DNA of 49,093 nt, from positions 1 through 49,093 of the forward strand of contig JAUCBJ010002368.1 in assembly GCA_032718475.1 (NCBI GenBank), given 5' to 3'. The notes under the pieces were generated by a model. It worked only from the letters and a program-made list of their open reading frames with translations. It ran no database searches and had not been told where the DNA came from. Numbering within the stretch: position 1 is the first letter of the stretch; each line of letters starts with the position of its first letter. Position numbers and translations under genes: made by a program. This DNA is from Nemertoderma westbladi (taxonomy: Eukaryota; Animalia; Xenacoelomorpha). Below, piece after piece: positions 13,042 to 23,220 of the stretch.

Positions 13042-13049
13042 GGGAGCGG
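13042..13049 (+). other. Polypurine tract of BEL copy 1
   Basis: GGGAGCGG directly before the TGT start of the LTR. Confidence 0.7.
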
Positions 13050-14247
13050 TGTAAAAGCTTTTGCGTCATTAACCGGTTATTTTCCCTTAAAGTACTCTGT
13101 GGTTGGTTTGCCAGGCATAAAAAGGCCGTGTCCTTGCTGTACTGGTGTTTTGGATGACATAAAAGTCATTTCTTCTGTATTTGTACTGTATTTGTACTTT
13201 AGAGGACATAATCCGCAATCTCGTGACGCGATAAGCTGGATACTCTTGAAAACCGTGTCGCTACCATGACGACGGTTAACAGCTGATATTGCCACGTCGA
13301 CGTTTCTTTGTTCTCTCGTTGTTCGGTTGACCAATCAGAGCGTTTTTTGTCTCTGTGTTGGAGGTGTATACAGAACTCAGTAGTTCAGTGTTATGTTTTT
13401 GCCCAGAGCCTAAGAACACCGGCTTTTGGCACCTCCGTGTTTCAGTCTTTAGTCTTACATTAGTAGGCTTAATTATAGAACGTATATCTGTTATCGAGTT
13501 ATATATCCATACTAACCAAACGATTCATACATACAAACCTTATCGAACTATATCAAACCATAACTAAACAATTTATACATTAATATTACTGCTTTTGCTG
13601 TCTGTTGTTCATTATATTTGTTGATGAAATATTATATCGGAATACTGATCAATAGTCAGACACCCCACCTTCATGATATACTAAAGGTTAGAGAGACCGG
13701 TTACAGATAAACGATTGCAACCTATGTTGAGTGGTTTGAAGTGAATCTAATGCTATTTCATATGCCCAACATAAATTGTCTGTTGCTCTCTTTATACGTG
13801 ACCAAATTTAGTGAAGGTCGGCAGATTAGTGTGCAGTATTGTGCAGCATTGTGTATGAGTGTAACTGATAACAAAGCATCTCCTAAAGAATGCGCCATAT
13901 ACGTAAATCTATAGCCTTTTCGTTGTGTCTAGTTTAAGTCACAACTCTGTTTACATATTTAGAGCGCCACGTCCTAAAGGAACTGTTAATATTTCCCGAA
14001 AGTGAATAATATTTGTCAGAGATTATATATTACGATCAGTCGAATAATACGGTAGGCTTACATCATCAATCATTAAGCTCCGAACTCAGTCTCCCGGGTA
14101 TATCCAACGGGTGAATGATTGCGCATAGACTGGCTTCGGCTAATGTAGTGTATCAAATACTCGTCATAGGCTAAAGACTATCTATCATCCAAAAGACATT
14201 CTAATTTTGGCAGGTTAAACTGTCAAAGGTCTTTAAAAGCGCAAACA
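13050..14247 (+). repeat. 3' LTR of BEL copy 1 (1198 bp, TGT...ACA)
   Basis: Shares the first 14 nt and the last ~850 nt with 38779-39976; similarity ends at AAAGCGC(A/G)AACA in both. Confidence 0.85.
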
Positions 14248-14679
14248 ACTTATAATCGAGTCAATAGGAATTGGGATACAGCAGAGACTTGACCAATAAT
14301 CATTCCCAGCAACTGGCTGGCTTAAGACACATCCTTCCATCTATGTACCAGCATGTTGGCCAATAAATGAGTAGTATTTAATGAGAATCAATTTTTTTTG
14401 CCGTTTTAATTACTTTAGATCAATTAAAGACACAATTATTAAAGCAAATCACTTGAACTAATTAAAAACTATAATAGAATGGCGTATGTGGATTACATCT
14501 GTATAATTTTTAATTATAATTATTTAAATCTTATACTGTAAAACAATTAATTTCCTTTAAAAGGCAGGTTGAAAATGGTGTTTTTACCGTAATAACTTAA
14601 TTAACTAATTAACTGCTATTATCTTAGCTTCTCGAAGGCCACACGGAAATTCTACTTGGAAAATTTCTAAACTTTTGCC

Positions 14680-14900
14680 AAACAACATGTGTACCAAGTT
14701 TGGATAGCTTTCATCAAAGATTGGCCGAGTTATTAACGTTTAAAATTGAACACGACAGAACGACAGGTTGATTAATGGTACCACTACGCTAAGGCTCACT
14801 CACTTCGTGGCTCGCCCCACAATATATCTAATGTTTAGTTCTGAGGCATAACAGCGAGAACATGCGAGCCACGTAGTAAAGGCGAGCCTTAACGCACTAT
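14680..14900 (+). mobile_element. Remnant of a non-autonomous DINE/Helentron-like interspersed repeat
   Basis: TGTACCAAGTTTGG..ACGACAG..AAGGCTC..CTCGCCCCACA resembles the minus strand of 26860-27030; inverted repeat between ~14785-14815 and ~14865-14895. Confidence 0.35.
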
Positions 14901-15016
14901 GATAATTAGTAAATACTGGAAAATTTATTTCGAGTTATTATCATATTCGAGTTAGTGAAATATTGAAACGAGGGACCGAAGTGAGATAAAAGTACATTAT
15001 ACACTATAATATGTTG

Positions 15017-15139
15017 TTTTATTGTTAAATTTCTTGATTACTTAACGCTCGTCTATGGACGAGCCGCAAATAATCCATCTATCTATTTACGGCTTGTCCA
15101 AGGACGAGCGTTAAGTAATTCAGAAATTTAACAATAAAA
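15017..15139. repeat. Near-perfect foldback with ~56-bp arms (MITE-like)
   Basis: TTTTATTGTTAAATTTC..ATTACTTAACGCTCGTC.. pairs with ..GACGAGCGTTAAGTAAT..GAAATTTAACAATAAAA around an ~11-nt loop. Confidence 0.85.
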
Positions 15140-15504
15140 TATTATAATTATCCTTTATGAATGTGCCTTTATACTTTTTTTAAGTACTTGTTGATTACCT
15201 ACTGTACTACACCCAATTTCACTCAACTTACACACCCAATTTCCACCCAACTACACCCAACATCTACCCAACTACACCCAAAAAAAAAGCAAAAACAATC
15301 TTTAACTACAGTACAAGCGTTTATAAAGTGTTTAAAAAGTCGAAATTGCACTGGTCCCACAGCGCGCAGTTATTCTTCAACCTTATAACTTTCTATAGCT
15401 TTACTGGTACTGATGGGAAGCTGACACTGATGGGAAGCTGGCTATACTCTGAATTTCTTTGAGGATTTCTTTGCGATATTTCTTATAGAATGCGGTACAC
15501 ACAA

Positions 15505-15707
15505 TGATAGTGCGGCAGTGTTGGACAGAGTCCCGAGTCCAGACCTGTGTCCTTGAAGGACCCCTACAGCAGTACGGTACCGAGACAGTATATGCTAGTC
15601 TGCCAGTATATCAGATAAGCAGAGCGCTAGGCTATAGGCATAGCGCGCGTAGCAGTAGTCTGACTGTGACGTCATCGCGTAGTAGATGCGTACAGTATAT
15701 CATCACA
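15505..15707 (-). repeat. Putative 3' LTR (~200 bp) of the Mag-like element
   Basis: Starts (TG)TGATGATATAC right after the PPT and ends ..CACTATCA; no second copy in the window to confirm the end. Confidence 0.5.
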
Positions 15708-15751
15708 CCCCCCTTCTAGTTTATCAGCGGAAGTGAATAAACTACCCAAGT

Positions 15752-18583
15752 CTATAGTCTGTTGGGTGGGCGTCTGCGACGTCGAGGGTAGGTGCGCTGT
15801 GGTGAGGAGCGCGCAGGGATTAGTGTTTTGCTGGTGAGCGGTGTCGCCCAGCGAATGCCTTTGGGTGAGCCAGACTGGGTGGCGTCATCGTCCCTTGGTG
15901 TCCCAGTGGCAGCGTTTAGTGGTGTACCAGCGGTGGTGTCCCCTGGAGACCCGTTGGTAGTGTCCCGTGTTGTCCCGGCGTTGGTGTCCTGTGTTGTCCC
16001 GGTGGCGGTGTCCCTTATGAGGTGGCGATGGTTACGGGTTAGGCAACGGCCGGACGTTGTACGGATGCGATAGCTGCGATGGGAAGCTGCCTCGGCCACG
16101 ACCCCGGTGCGATCCCAACGCTTTGTGGTCGGGTTCTGGATCCGCACAGGGTCCCCCACTGTGAGAGTGGGAAGTGGTTTGGCCCCACGGTTATAATAGG
16201 ACGCCTGTGACGTCATCAGCGGTGGCACAGCGGCGTCTAGCGCTGTCCGTGTCGCTTGATGGTCGGCATTGAAGGCCCTGCTGTGCATGGGTACCTGCGA
16301 GCGTATGGGGTGTCCAAACAGGATTTGGGCTGGTGATAAACCGTGGGCGCGGGGTGAATTGCGCAGTTCTAGGAGGCCCTCCTGGAATGCGGCTGAGTTT
16401 ATTTTGACTTCTGTCTTTGTAAGGAGGGCTTTGAGAGCTTTGACGGCTGACTCGGCGTGGCCGTTGCTCTGTGGGTATTCGGGGGAGGAGAAGGAATGCT
16501 CGACTCCCCAGTTGCGGAGGAAGTCCGTCATGTTCGACCCCGCAAACTGTGGTCCGCCGTCCGAATAGAGTCGTGTGGGGGCTCCAAATCGGACGAAGAC
16601 ATCCTGTAGATGGGTGGCAGTTGTGGCGGCGGTGGGGTGGTTGGTGTATCCGTAAATTTCAGGCCAACCGGAATATAGATCCGCAACAGCGAGGTAGTTG
16701 TGGCCGTCTTGGAAGAACAGATCGCCCGAGATCTGCTCGAAGGGCCGGGTTGCATCGCGATCTCGTAGGAGTGGCTCCTTGGCGAGACTCGGACGGTAGG
16801 TGAGGCAGGGCTCACACGCTGAGACCGTCGTCCGGACGTCATTCGTGAGTCCGGGCCAGTAAACAGTTTGGCGGGCACGCCGGAGGGTCTTCTCTACCCC
16901 TTGGTGGGCGGCGTGAAGTCGCGCGAGTGTGTTCCGTCGCGCGGCCCGCGGGACCACGATCCGCTGTCCGTAGAGGACTAGGTCACGATCGGTGGTCAGT
17001 TCCTCCCTGATCGACCAGTAGGGCGTTACCCCCGGGATGTGGCAGGAGGACGGCGGGAACCCGGACTGTGTGGCGTCGAGGAGCGCGCAGTAGTCGGGGT
17101 CGTCCCGGGCCGTCTCGCAGAGCGAGTTGAGGGTGAGGTCCGCGAAGTTGTCAGTGGGCTCCGAGCCCTCCATGATGGCCGCGACCGTTGCTATGGTAAC
17201 CGCGTGGAGATGGTAGGCCATCTCGCCGTCGTCGATCAGGTCGTCGGGGGACGGATCATCGATGGGTGCACGGGATAACGCGTCAGGAATGCGGTGCTCC
17301 TTTCCTTTCCTCCATACCGTTGTGAAGGAGTAAGGAGTGAGTTTCGACTTAAGCCGCTGGAGGCGTGTGTTATCCGTGGCGTCGATCGTGTATCGATCGA
17401 GGATTGTCACCAGTGGTTGGTGGTCGACAATGAGAGTGAAGTTGGGGAGGCCCAGTAGGTAAAGTCTACATTTGTGGGCGGCCCAGGCAACGGTGAGCAG
17501 TTCAAGCTCCACCATCGCATAGCGCGACTCGGTTTCGGTGATAAACCGCGATCCGCACTCCACTAATCTCCAGTTGTCGTCATGGCGCTGGAGTAGCGCG
17601 TACCCGAGTCCGTTCTTCCGGGAAGCGTCGGTCTCGAGTTTAGTCTCGCGTTCCGACTCGAAGGGAGCGAGAACTGGGGGCGATAGAAGTGAGAGTTTTG
17701 TTCTCTCGAAAGCCGCCTCGTGGTCGGAGGTCCAGAAGAAGGAGTTTCGCGAACTGAGGAGGGGGCGGAGGGGCAACATTGTAGAGGAAATGTCGGCCGA
17801 AAACGGGGCGAGTTGTTCGACGAGTCCGACGAAACTCCGCAGGTCGGTTATGTTTGTCGGCCGCGGGAAACTCGCGATGGCCCGGAGCTTTGCCGGGTCG
17901 GCCCGTATCCCGTCAGCCCCGACGAGGTAGCCCGCGAACTTGACTTCGCGCTGGGCGAACTGGACCTTGTCGGGATGCAGGGAGATGCCTGCCTCGCGAC
18001 AGCGTTGGAGGAAGCACCGAACACTGGCGAGGTGCTCGTCGAGAGAGTTGTTGTACAATAGGATGTCGTCGACGAGTTTAGTGAGGTTTGGCAGGTCCCG
18101 GAGGGCATCGTCGCCCCGCCGGTTGTACTCGTCCCCACTTGAGATGAGTCCCATAACACTCCGACAGTGTTTGTAACGGCCCCAGGGCGTGACAAAGGTG
18201 GTGAGGAGTTGGGTTTCCTTCTCGAGGGGTACCTGCCAGTAGCCGGAAGCAGCGTCGAAGGCGGAGAAGAACTTCGCCGAAGACGGAATCCCTGATATAG
18301 CCGCCCGAGGATTCGGGGTCGGGTAGTAGGGTCGCTTAACCTGGCTGTTTAGGTGACGGAGGTCAACGCAAATTCTGAGTTTGCCGTTGGGTTTCGGGGC
18401 GACGGTCATCGGATGGGCCCAGTCGGTGGGCTCCGTCACCCGTTCGATGACCTCGCGCTTCACCATCTCGTCGAGGAGATGTTTTACCTCGTCCCTCATG
18501 GCGAAGGGGATGGGCCGCGCACCGTTTACGTGGAACGGTGTGGCGCCTTCCTTCAGTTCGATCCGCATGGGTTCGCCCGCCAT
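15752..18583 (-). CDS. Gypsy pol (RT, RNase H, integrase), open for 943 aa
   Basis: LRICVDLR, FDAASGYWQ, LVDD, ETDAS, DHQPL, HAAHQG..CEPC, SDGGPQF, PQSNGHAESAVK; low-complexity Thr/Gly tail. Confidence 0.93.
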   Translation of the reverse strand: MAGEPMRIELKEGATPFHVNGARPIPFAMRDEVKHLLDEMVKREVIERVTEPTDWAHPMTVAPKPNGKLRICVDLRHLNSQVKRPYYPTPNPRAAISGIPSSAKFFSAFDAASGYWQVPLEKETQLLTTFVTPWGRYKHCRSVMGLISSGDEYNRRGDDALRDLPNLTKLVDDILLYNNSLDEHLASVRCFLQRCREAGISLHPDKVQFAQREVKFAGYLVGADGIRADPAKLRAIASFPRPTNITDLRSFVGLVEQLAPFSADISSTMLPLRPLLSSRNSFFWTSDHEAAFERTKLSLLSPPVLAPFESERETKLETDASRKNGLGYALLQRHDDNWRLVECGSRFITETESRYAMVELELLTVAWAAHKCRLYLLGLPNFTLIVDHQPLVTILDRYTIDATDNTRLQRLKSKLTPYSFTTVWRKGKEHRIPDALSRAPIDDPSPDDLIDDGEMAYHLHAVTIATVAAIMEGSEPTDNFADLTLNSLCETARDDPDYCALLDATQSGFPPSSCHIPGVTPYWSIREELTTDRDLVLYGQRIVVPRAARRNTLARLHAAHQGVEKTLRRARQTVYWPGLTNDVRTTVSACEPCLTYRPSLAKEPLLRDRDATRPFEQISGDLFFQDGHNYLAVADLYSGWPEIYGYTNHPTAATTATHLQDVFVRFGAPTRLYSDGGPQFAGSNMTDFLRNWGVEHSFSSPEYPQSNGHAESAVKALKALLTKTEVKINSAAFQEGLLELRNSPRAHGLSPAQILFGHPIRSQVPMHSRAFNADHQATRTALDAAVPPLMTSQASYYNRGAKPLPTLTVGDPVRIQNPTTKRWDRTGVVAEAASHRSYRIRTTSGRCLTRNHRHLIRDTATGTTQDTNAGTTRDTTNGSPGDTTAGTPLNAATGTPRDDDATQSGSPKGIRWATPLTSKTLIPARSSPQRTYPRRRRRPPNRL

Positions 18584-20065
18584 GGTTGTAAGGGGTTTCG
18601 ATGTGTCACGAAGACATCGGCGTACTCGCGGAGGAACTCGTCGCGAGTTCGTGAAGTAGCCGCCCCAGGAGAGGAAGTTGTTAACAAGTTTATGCGGTGC
18701 GGGAAGTCCTTCGCGATGATGTCGAGGTTGCGCATGGCCTCGAGGTTGAGAATCATTCCGTCGATCTCCGGAGAGACGACGACGGTGACCGGTGCCGAAT
18801 TTCCACCATAGGAGATCCGGGTGTGGAAGATTCCAGTAATCGCGAGAGGGTTCTCGTTGGCCGCGAGTAACTCGGGTTCATTGAGGGGGTATGGAAGCAG
18901 GTCCTTCTCCTTCCCTCCTATCGACTGGTAGAGTTTGCTGCCCAACATGGTGGCAGCCGCGCCGCTGTCAGGGAGCGCATGCGGGATGGTGTCCATGTGT
19001 TTGGCAGTCCGCGCGCAGCGGAGCTCTATCGGGATGCGCTCGAGGGCGCACGTTGCAGGCGGGTACGTAACGCCGCCGACAACATGGTTGACGTGGCGGG
19101 ATGCCGGGGGGCTGCTACTCGATCGCAGGATGGATTGGAGTTGAGCCGTGCAGAGGATAGAGTTTATCCGTGGTTTCTCGTAGGAGGCGGAGTCGGACTT
19201 TCCGGGCGATTTGGGTTTGGACCGGCAGACGGCCCGGAAGTGTCCCGCCTTCCCGCACGAGCTGCAGGTGGCGTCCCTGGCGGCGTGGCGGAGCAATGTG
19301 CTTTGCCAGCCGCGTGTTGTCATCCACAGTTTGTACACGCGCGTTCCGAGTTGGTCGGTTGCGGTTTATCGGACTGTGGTTTCCGTTTGGAGGAGTTCGA
19401 GCGCGAACGTTTGTAACTCGAAGTTACCTTGGCGACGGGTCGTCCCCGGCCGATAATCGTGTCGTTGCGCTCGCTCGCTTCCATTGTCTGGGCGATTCGC
19501 ACACAGTCGTCCAACGTGGGCTGTGGAAGAACCTTGAGGAGTACTGTGCGTGTCTCGGAGCTGCGGATTCCAACCAGGATCTGTGTGACGATCTGGCGGT
19601 TCCGGCAGTGGTCGCAGAGTTCTGCTGCGTCCGCGAGTTCTTCGAGCGCAATCCGATATGCGTCGAAGTTCTCGTTCGGCCCCTGTTTCCGGTCGTGGAA
19701 GCGGATTCCGTCGATCGCAATGCTGCGTTGCGACCGGAGGTGGGCCTGCAGGGTGTCGAGGATCGAGTCCGTCGTCGTATCGGGATCGTCGATGTCGACA
19801 CGTAGGGTGACCGTTAGGGTCTGCTGGAGGTCCCGGCCGAGAGCGGACACGAGGGCGTAGACCTGTGCGTCTCGGGGGAAAGTTGAGGCTTGCTGGCGGT
19901 GCGCGTGCACCCGCCAAGCCTCCCTCCAACGGCGGAATGGGGTAAACTCGATGTCCCATCGATTTTTTCGAGGCCGGATATGTCTAAAACGCGGCGTCGA
20001 TGTGGCGGGTCGGCTCCCGGTGCCGGGCCCGCGGCGGCAGGTTGTCCCGCGGCAGGGGCGGGAGG
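18553..20065 (-). pseudogene. 3' part of Gypsy gag plus aspartic protease, with frameshifts and a stop
   Basis: RKQGPNENFDAY (capsid-like), CTNCG* (TGA at 19322-19320), CSSCGKAGHFRAVC, LPDSGA; frame changes near 19950, 19290 and 18590. Confidence 0.85.
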
Positions 20066-20421
20066 TAGGGCTCGATCGGAGCTCCGGCCTCCGGCTCCGG
20101 CTCCGGCCATTTTGGCACCTCCGGCTCCTGCTCCGGCTCCGGTAAAAATATTGCCGGAGTAACTTTTTTAATAAAGTATTATATTTCGTGCATATTCTAA
20201 TCTGAACAATTATTTACACTATAAGTACCTACTGTCAGACTGTAGTACAGCTTCAATATCAAGCATAATTTTTTTTTTTTTTTTAACAAAAGATACACCC
20301 CCGTTCGGGGTAAATTAGCACAATAAAATATAGTTAGACATTATATGTGGACATATTTATACTGTCCAACCCTTCACAATATACTGTAGTTGGTAATGAG
20401 ATAAAAGGAGCGTGTGAGCAG

Positions 20422-23220
20422 CTATAGTTGGGCGAGAGTAGCGAGTGGGGGGCAGGATGGGCATACGAGTACGTGATATCGGTCCTTGGAAGAATGGTTG
20501 CAGTAGCGACAGCAACACGAGCAAGATAGGTCATGGAATGGGCGGCGGTCAGTGCAAAGGAGGTGGTGAAATCCGTGAGCTGTAGCGCGAGTTATGACGT
20601 GTCTGTTTCGTTGACCAGGTTGGCGCCACGACGAGTTGTTGAATGCCGGCCCTCGCGTGTATTGTTCGGAAACGTAATTCTGTTCACGTTCCATCCGGAA
20701 TGCGTTATAATTATTTAAGACATCTTGTCTGAGTACTGAAGCTGGCGAATCTCTGAGGATGTCTTGGACAAGGGTACTCTGATTTAACAGATTTAGAACC
20801 ATTGTAGATGAGGCCGATTTATGTAAGCTGAGCATCCATTTGCAATACATTGATTTGACCCTGTCGATATCTTTCAGGTTAGCTAGAGTTAGGAACGGGG
20901 AGATTTCTGTGATAGCATATAATATAATTGGGGCGATTTTTGCTTTGAATATTTGGAGGCCGGTGTCAATAGACATGAGAGGGAGATTATTAAGACAACC
21001 TATGGCGCTGTACGCTTTTTTCTTTTTCTTTAAGATATGACGAGTGAAGCAAAGGGTTGGTTGCATTGTAACTCCAAGATATTCGTACTCATTTGTGATT
21101 GGGACAATGTCACCTCCGTAAGTAAATTGATCTGTGTTGGACAATCGACCTGCTTTTCTGAATTTTACTATTTTTGTCTTAGTTAGGTTTACTATCATTC
21201 CATTATCTAGAGACCAGTCGTGTAATACATTTAATGCATTCTGAATGGATTCTTTATTACTTGAGAAGAAGGCTAGGTCGTCAGCATAGAATATAAATTT
21301 AACTAAAACAACCAGTTGACGCAGACGCGTGGCCAGGTCAGCGATGAAAATTAAAAAGCAAGTGGGAGAGAAACAATCGCCCTGTAGTACGCCGCGGAGT
21401 TGTTCTATAACGTTTGACAGTTGTAGCCCGTCAAAGACACGGAATCTGTTGTCAAATAGGTCTTTAACAAGATTATACAGCTTTCCCCGGATACCAAAAT
21501 TGTACAACTTGTAGAGTAGGACTGCTCTGTTAACCATGTCGAAGGCCTTCTTGAAGTCCACAAAGGCAACATAGATGTGCCGATCCGACCGCGCTGGTTG
21601 TTGCAAGGCAGAGGCTATATTATTAATAAGAGTCCGAATAGCATGTTGTGTTGATTTACCAATGGAGAAACCGAACTGTTCTGGTGGTAACAAGTGACCT
21701 ATGTGTAGGCGAACTCTAGTGTTTATAATCGATGTGAAGATCTTGAGCATAACACAGATTAACGCGATGCCTCGGTAACTATCAGGATTAGATACAGCAC
21801 CCATACCTTTGTACAATATTACAATGATGCTCTCCTTCCATTTGGTCGGAATTTTCCCAATATTTAAGCATGTGTTATACAGTAATGTTAACATTGTGAC
21901 TATAAAAGGAGCTAATTGTTTTAAATGTTCATAGAATATTCTGTCAGAGCCGCTAGCCTTTTTATTGGAAGAGTTGTTTATTGTTGAGTAAACCTCCTCT
22001 TCTGTGATCTCGGAGTTGAACCAGTCATTCGAGTTCATTTCAGCTTCATTCGTAGTGGGAATAGATGGCGCATTCCTAGCGGCAGACTGCTGCCCAAGGA
22101 CATTGGTAAAATGAGATTCCAGTGTATTCGAATCTATTGGTGCGACTGAGGACTTTCTCTTCTCATTCATACACCACGGATTTATTTCTGAGTTTGAAAT
22201 CAGTTCGAGTAGGCACTTTTCCTTGTAGGCCGAGCGTTTATTCTTAGTAAGTACCTTATACTGTTTCCTAGTTGTCCAGAATAATGTATTGTCATTATCG
22301 GAATTGTTTCGAGTTGACATGGCGGCCAGTACAGAGGTTTTTAATGCCCGGCATTCGCTATCGAACCAGGGCTTGTTATTCGGGGGAGCTCGCTTGGGGG
22401 CTGTGGAGTCAGACACTGCGCCAGTTAGGAGTTGGACTGCAGTCTCTATATCGTTTCGCTGGAGTGATATTCCAATTTCCACGAGATTTTGGTGTTCTAT
22501 GAAGGTTGTAATGTTTATTTTCCGTGAAAGGTTCTGTAATCGGGGTTGGTAGGAGGGGTTCCAGGTTAGTTCCATTTCCATTACAACACGGACGGAAACA
22601 GGTTGGTGTTTACGAAAGGGTTGTCTGCCAACACATGCAGTCGGTAGGTGCTTTGGGGTTGGGCCGTTATATTTTATAAACAGTAAGTCAATAACACTAT
22701 CTCCTTGAGGTGAGATGTATGTGTGAGAGTTTGGCTGGTTTAGCTCATTAAAACCGAGAGTATTTAGAGAGTCCGTAAGGTCCCTGCCCCGTGTGCCATA
22801 GTCCATACGGCAGTTAAAGTCACCACCTATGACGATGGTCATTGGTTGGGTGGTGAATGAAAGGGCGTTGTTAAGGGTGAGACAAATGTCAGCAACTGAG
22901 GTTTCCGGGTGGAAATAGAATGCAATAAAGTAGGCTGCGATAGTTTTGACAATTATAAAATCTTGGGACTGGTGAATAAGTGAGGGTTTCAAATGTGGTT
23001 TTGATAAGATTATTAATCCACCAACCGGGCGGCCCCTTACGGGCTGAATTGCTGGTACAATGAATGGGTAATATCCTAAGTTATCCATTGTAGAATCCTT
23101 AAAAAGAGTTTCAGTTAGTAGGAGGATGTCTGCGTTGCCATATAGTTCGTTTGGGGATAAGTTATCTATTAGAGATTGGAGTCCTTCAACGTTCCATAGC
23201 CGCACATCCACGCTCCATTC
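20422..23220 (-). CDS. LINE ORF2: APE endonuclease, reverse transcriptase, C-terminal Cys/His finger
   Basis: WNVEGL, LTET, GGDFN, SVIDL; YRGIAL, EQFGF, FVDFKKAFD, GVLQG, YADD, YLGV; CRYC..HVLVC. Confidence 0.93.
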   Translation of the reverse strand, partial: EWSVDVRLWNVEGLQSLIDNLSPNELYGNADILLLTETLFKDSTMDNLGYYPFIVPAIQPVRGRPVGGLIILSKPHLKPSLIHQSQDFIIVKTIAAYFIAFYFHPETSVADICLTLNNALSFTTQPMTIVIGGDFNCRMDYGTRGRDLTDSLNTLGFNELNQPNSHTYISPQGDSVIDLLFIKYNGPTPKHLPTACVGRQPFRKHQPVSVRVVMEMELTWNPSYQPRLQNLSRKINITTFIEHQNLVEIGISLQRNDIETAVQLLTGAVSDSTAPKRAPPNNKPWFDSECRALKTSVLAAMSTRNNSDNDNTLFWTTRKQYKVLTKNKRSAYKEKCLLELISNSEINPWCMNEKRKSSVAPIDSNTLESHFTNVLGQQSAARNAPSIPTTNEAEMNSNDWFNSEITEEEVYSTINNSSNKKASGSDRIFYEHLKQLAPFIVTMLTLLYNTCLNIGKIPTKWKESIIVILYKGMGAVSNPDSYRGIALICVMLKIFTSIINTRVRLHIGHLLPPEQFGFSIGKSTQHAIRTLINNIASALQQPARSDRHIYVAFVDFKKAFDMVNRAVLLYKLYNFGIRGKLYNLVKDLFDNRFRVFDGLQLSNVIEQLRGVLQGDCFSPTCFLIFIADLATRLRQLVVLVKFIFYADDLAFFSSNKESIQNALNVLHDWSLDNGMIVNLTKTKIVKFRKAGRLSNTDQFTYGGDIVPITNEYEYLGVTMQPTLCFTRHILKKKKKAYSAIGCLNNLPLMSIDTGLQIFKAKIAPIILYAITEISPFLTLANLKDIDRVKSMYCKWMLSLHKSASSTMVLNLLNQSTLVQDILRDSPASVLRQDVLNNYNAFRMEREQNYVSEQYTRGPAFNNSSWRQPGQRNRHVITRATAHGFHHLLCTDRRPFHDLSCSCCCRYCNHSSKDRYHVLVCPSCPPLATLAQL

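Larger units (their letters stand above)
1..14247 (+). mobile_element. BEL/Pao LTR retrotransposon, copy 1 (5' end outside the window), with an extra ~6 kb 3' accessory region
   Basis: gag-PR-RT-RH-IN order with BEL-type motifs. PPT GGGAGCGG (13042-13049) is followed by TGTAAAAGCTTTTG, which also opens the LTR upstream of copy 2 at 38779. Confidence 0.9.

Noticed and set aside
13960-14230. Group I intron core (GCCACGTCCTAAAG; TCAGAGATTATA resembling the R element)
   Set aside because: I could not build a matching S strand with the G-C pair of P7, nor P3/P4. Kept only as a generic structured RNA; cmscan would settle it.
15792-20162. Many plus-strand and alternative-frame ORFs over the Gypsy element
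   Set aside because: Shadow ORFs expected in GC-rich coding DNA; no motifs.
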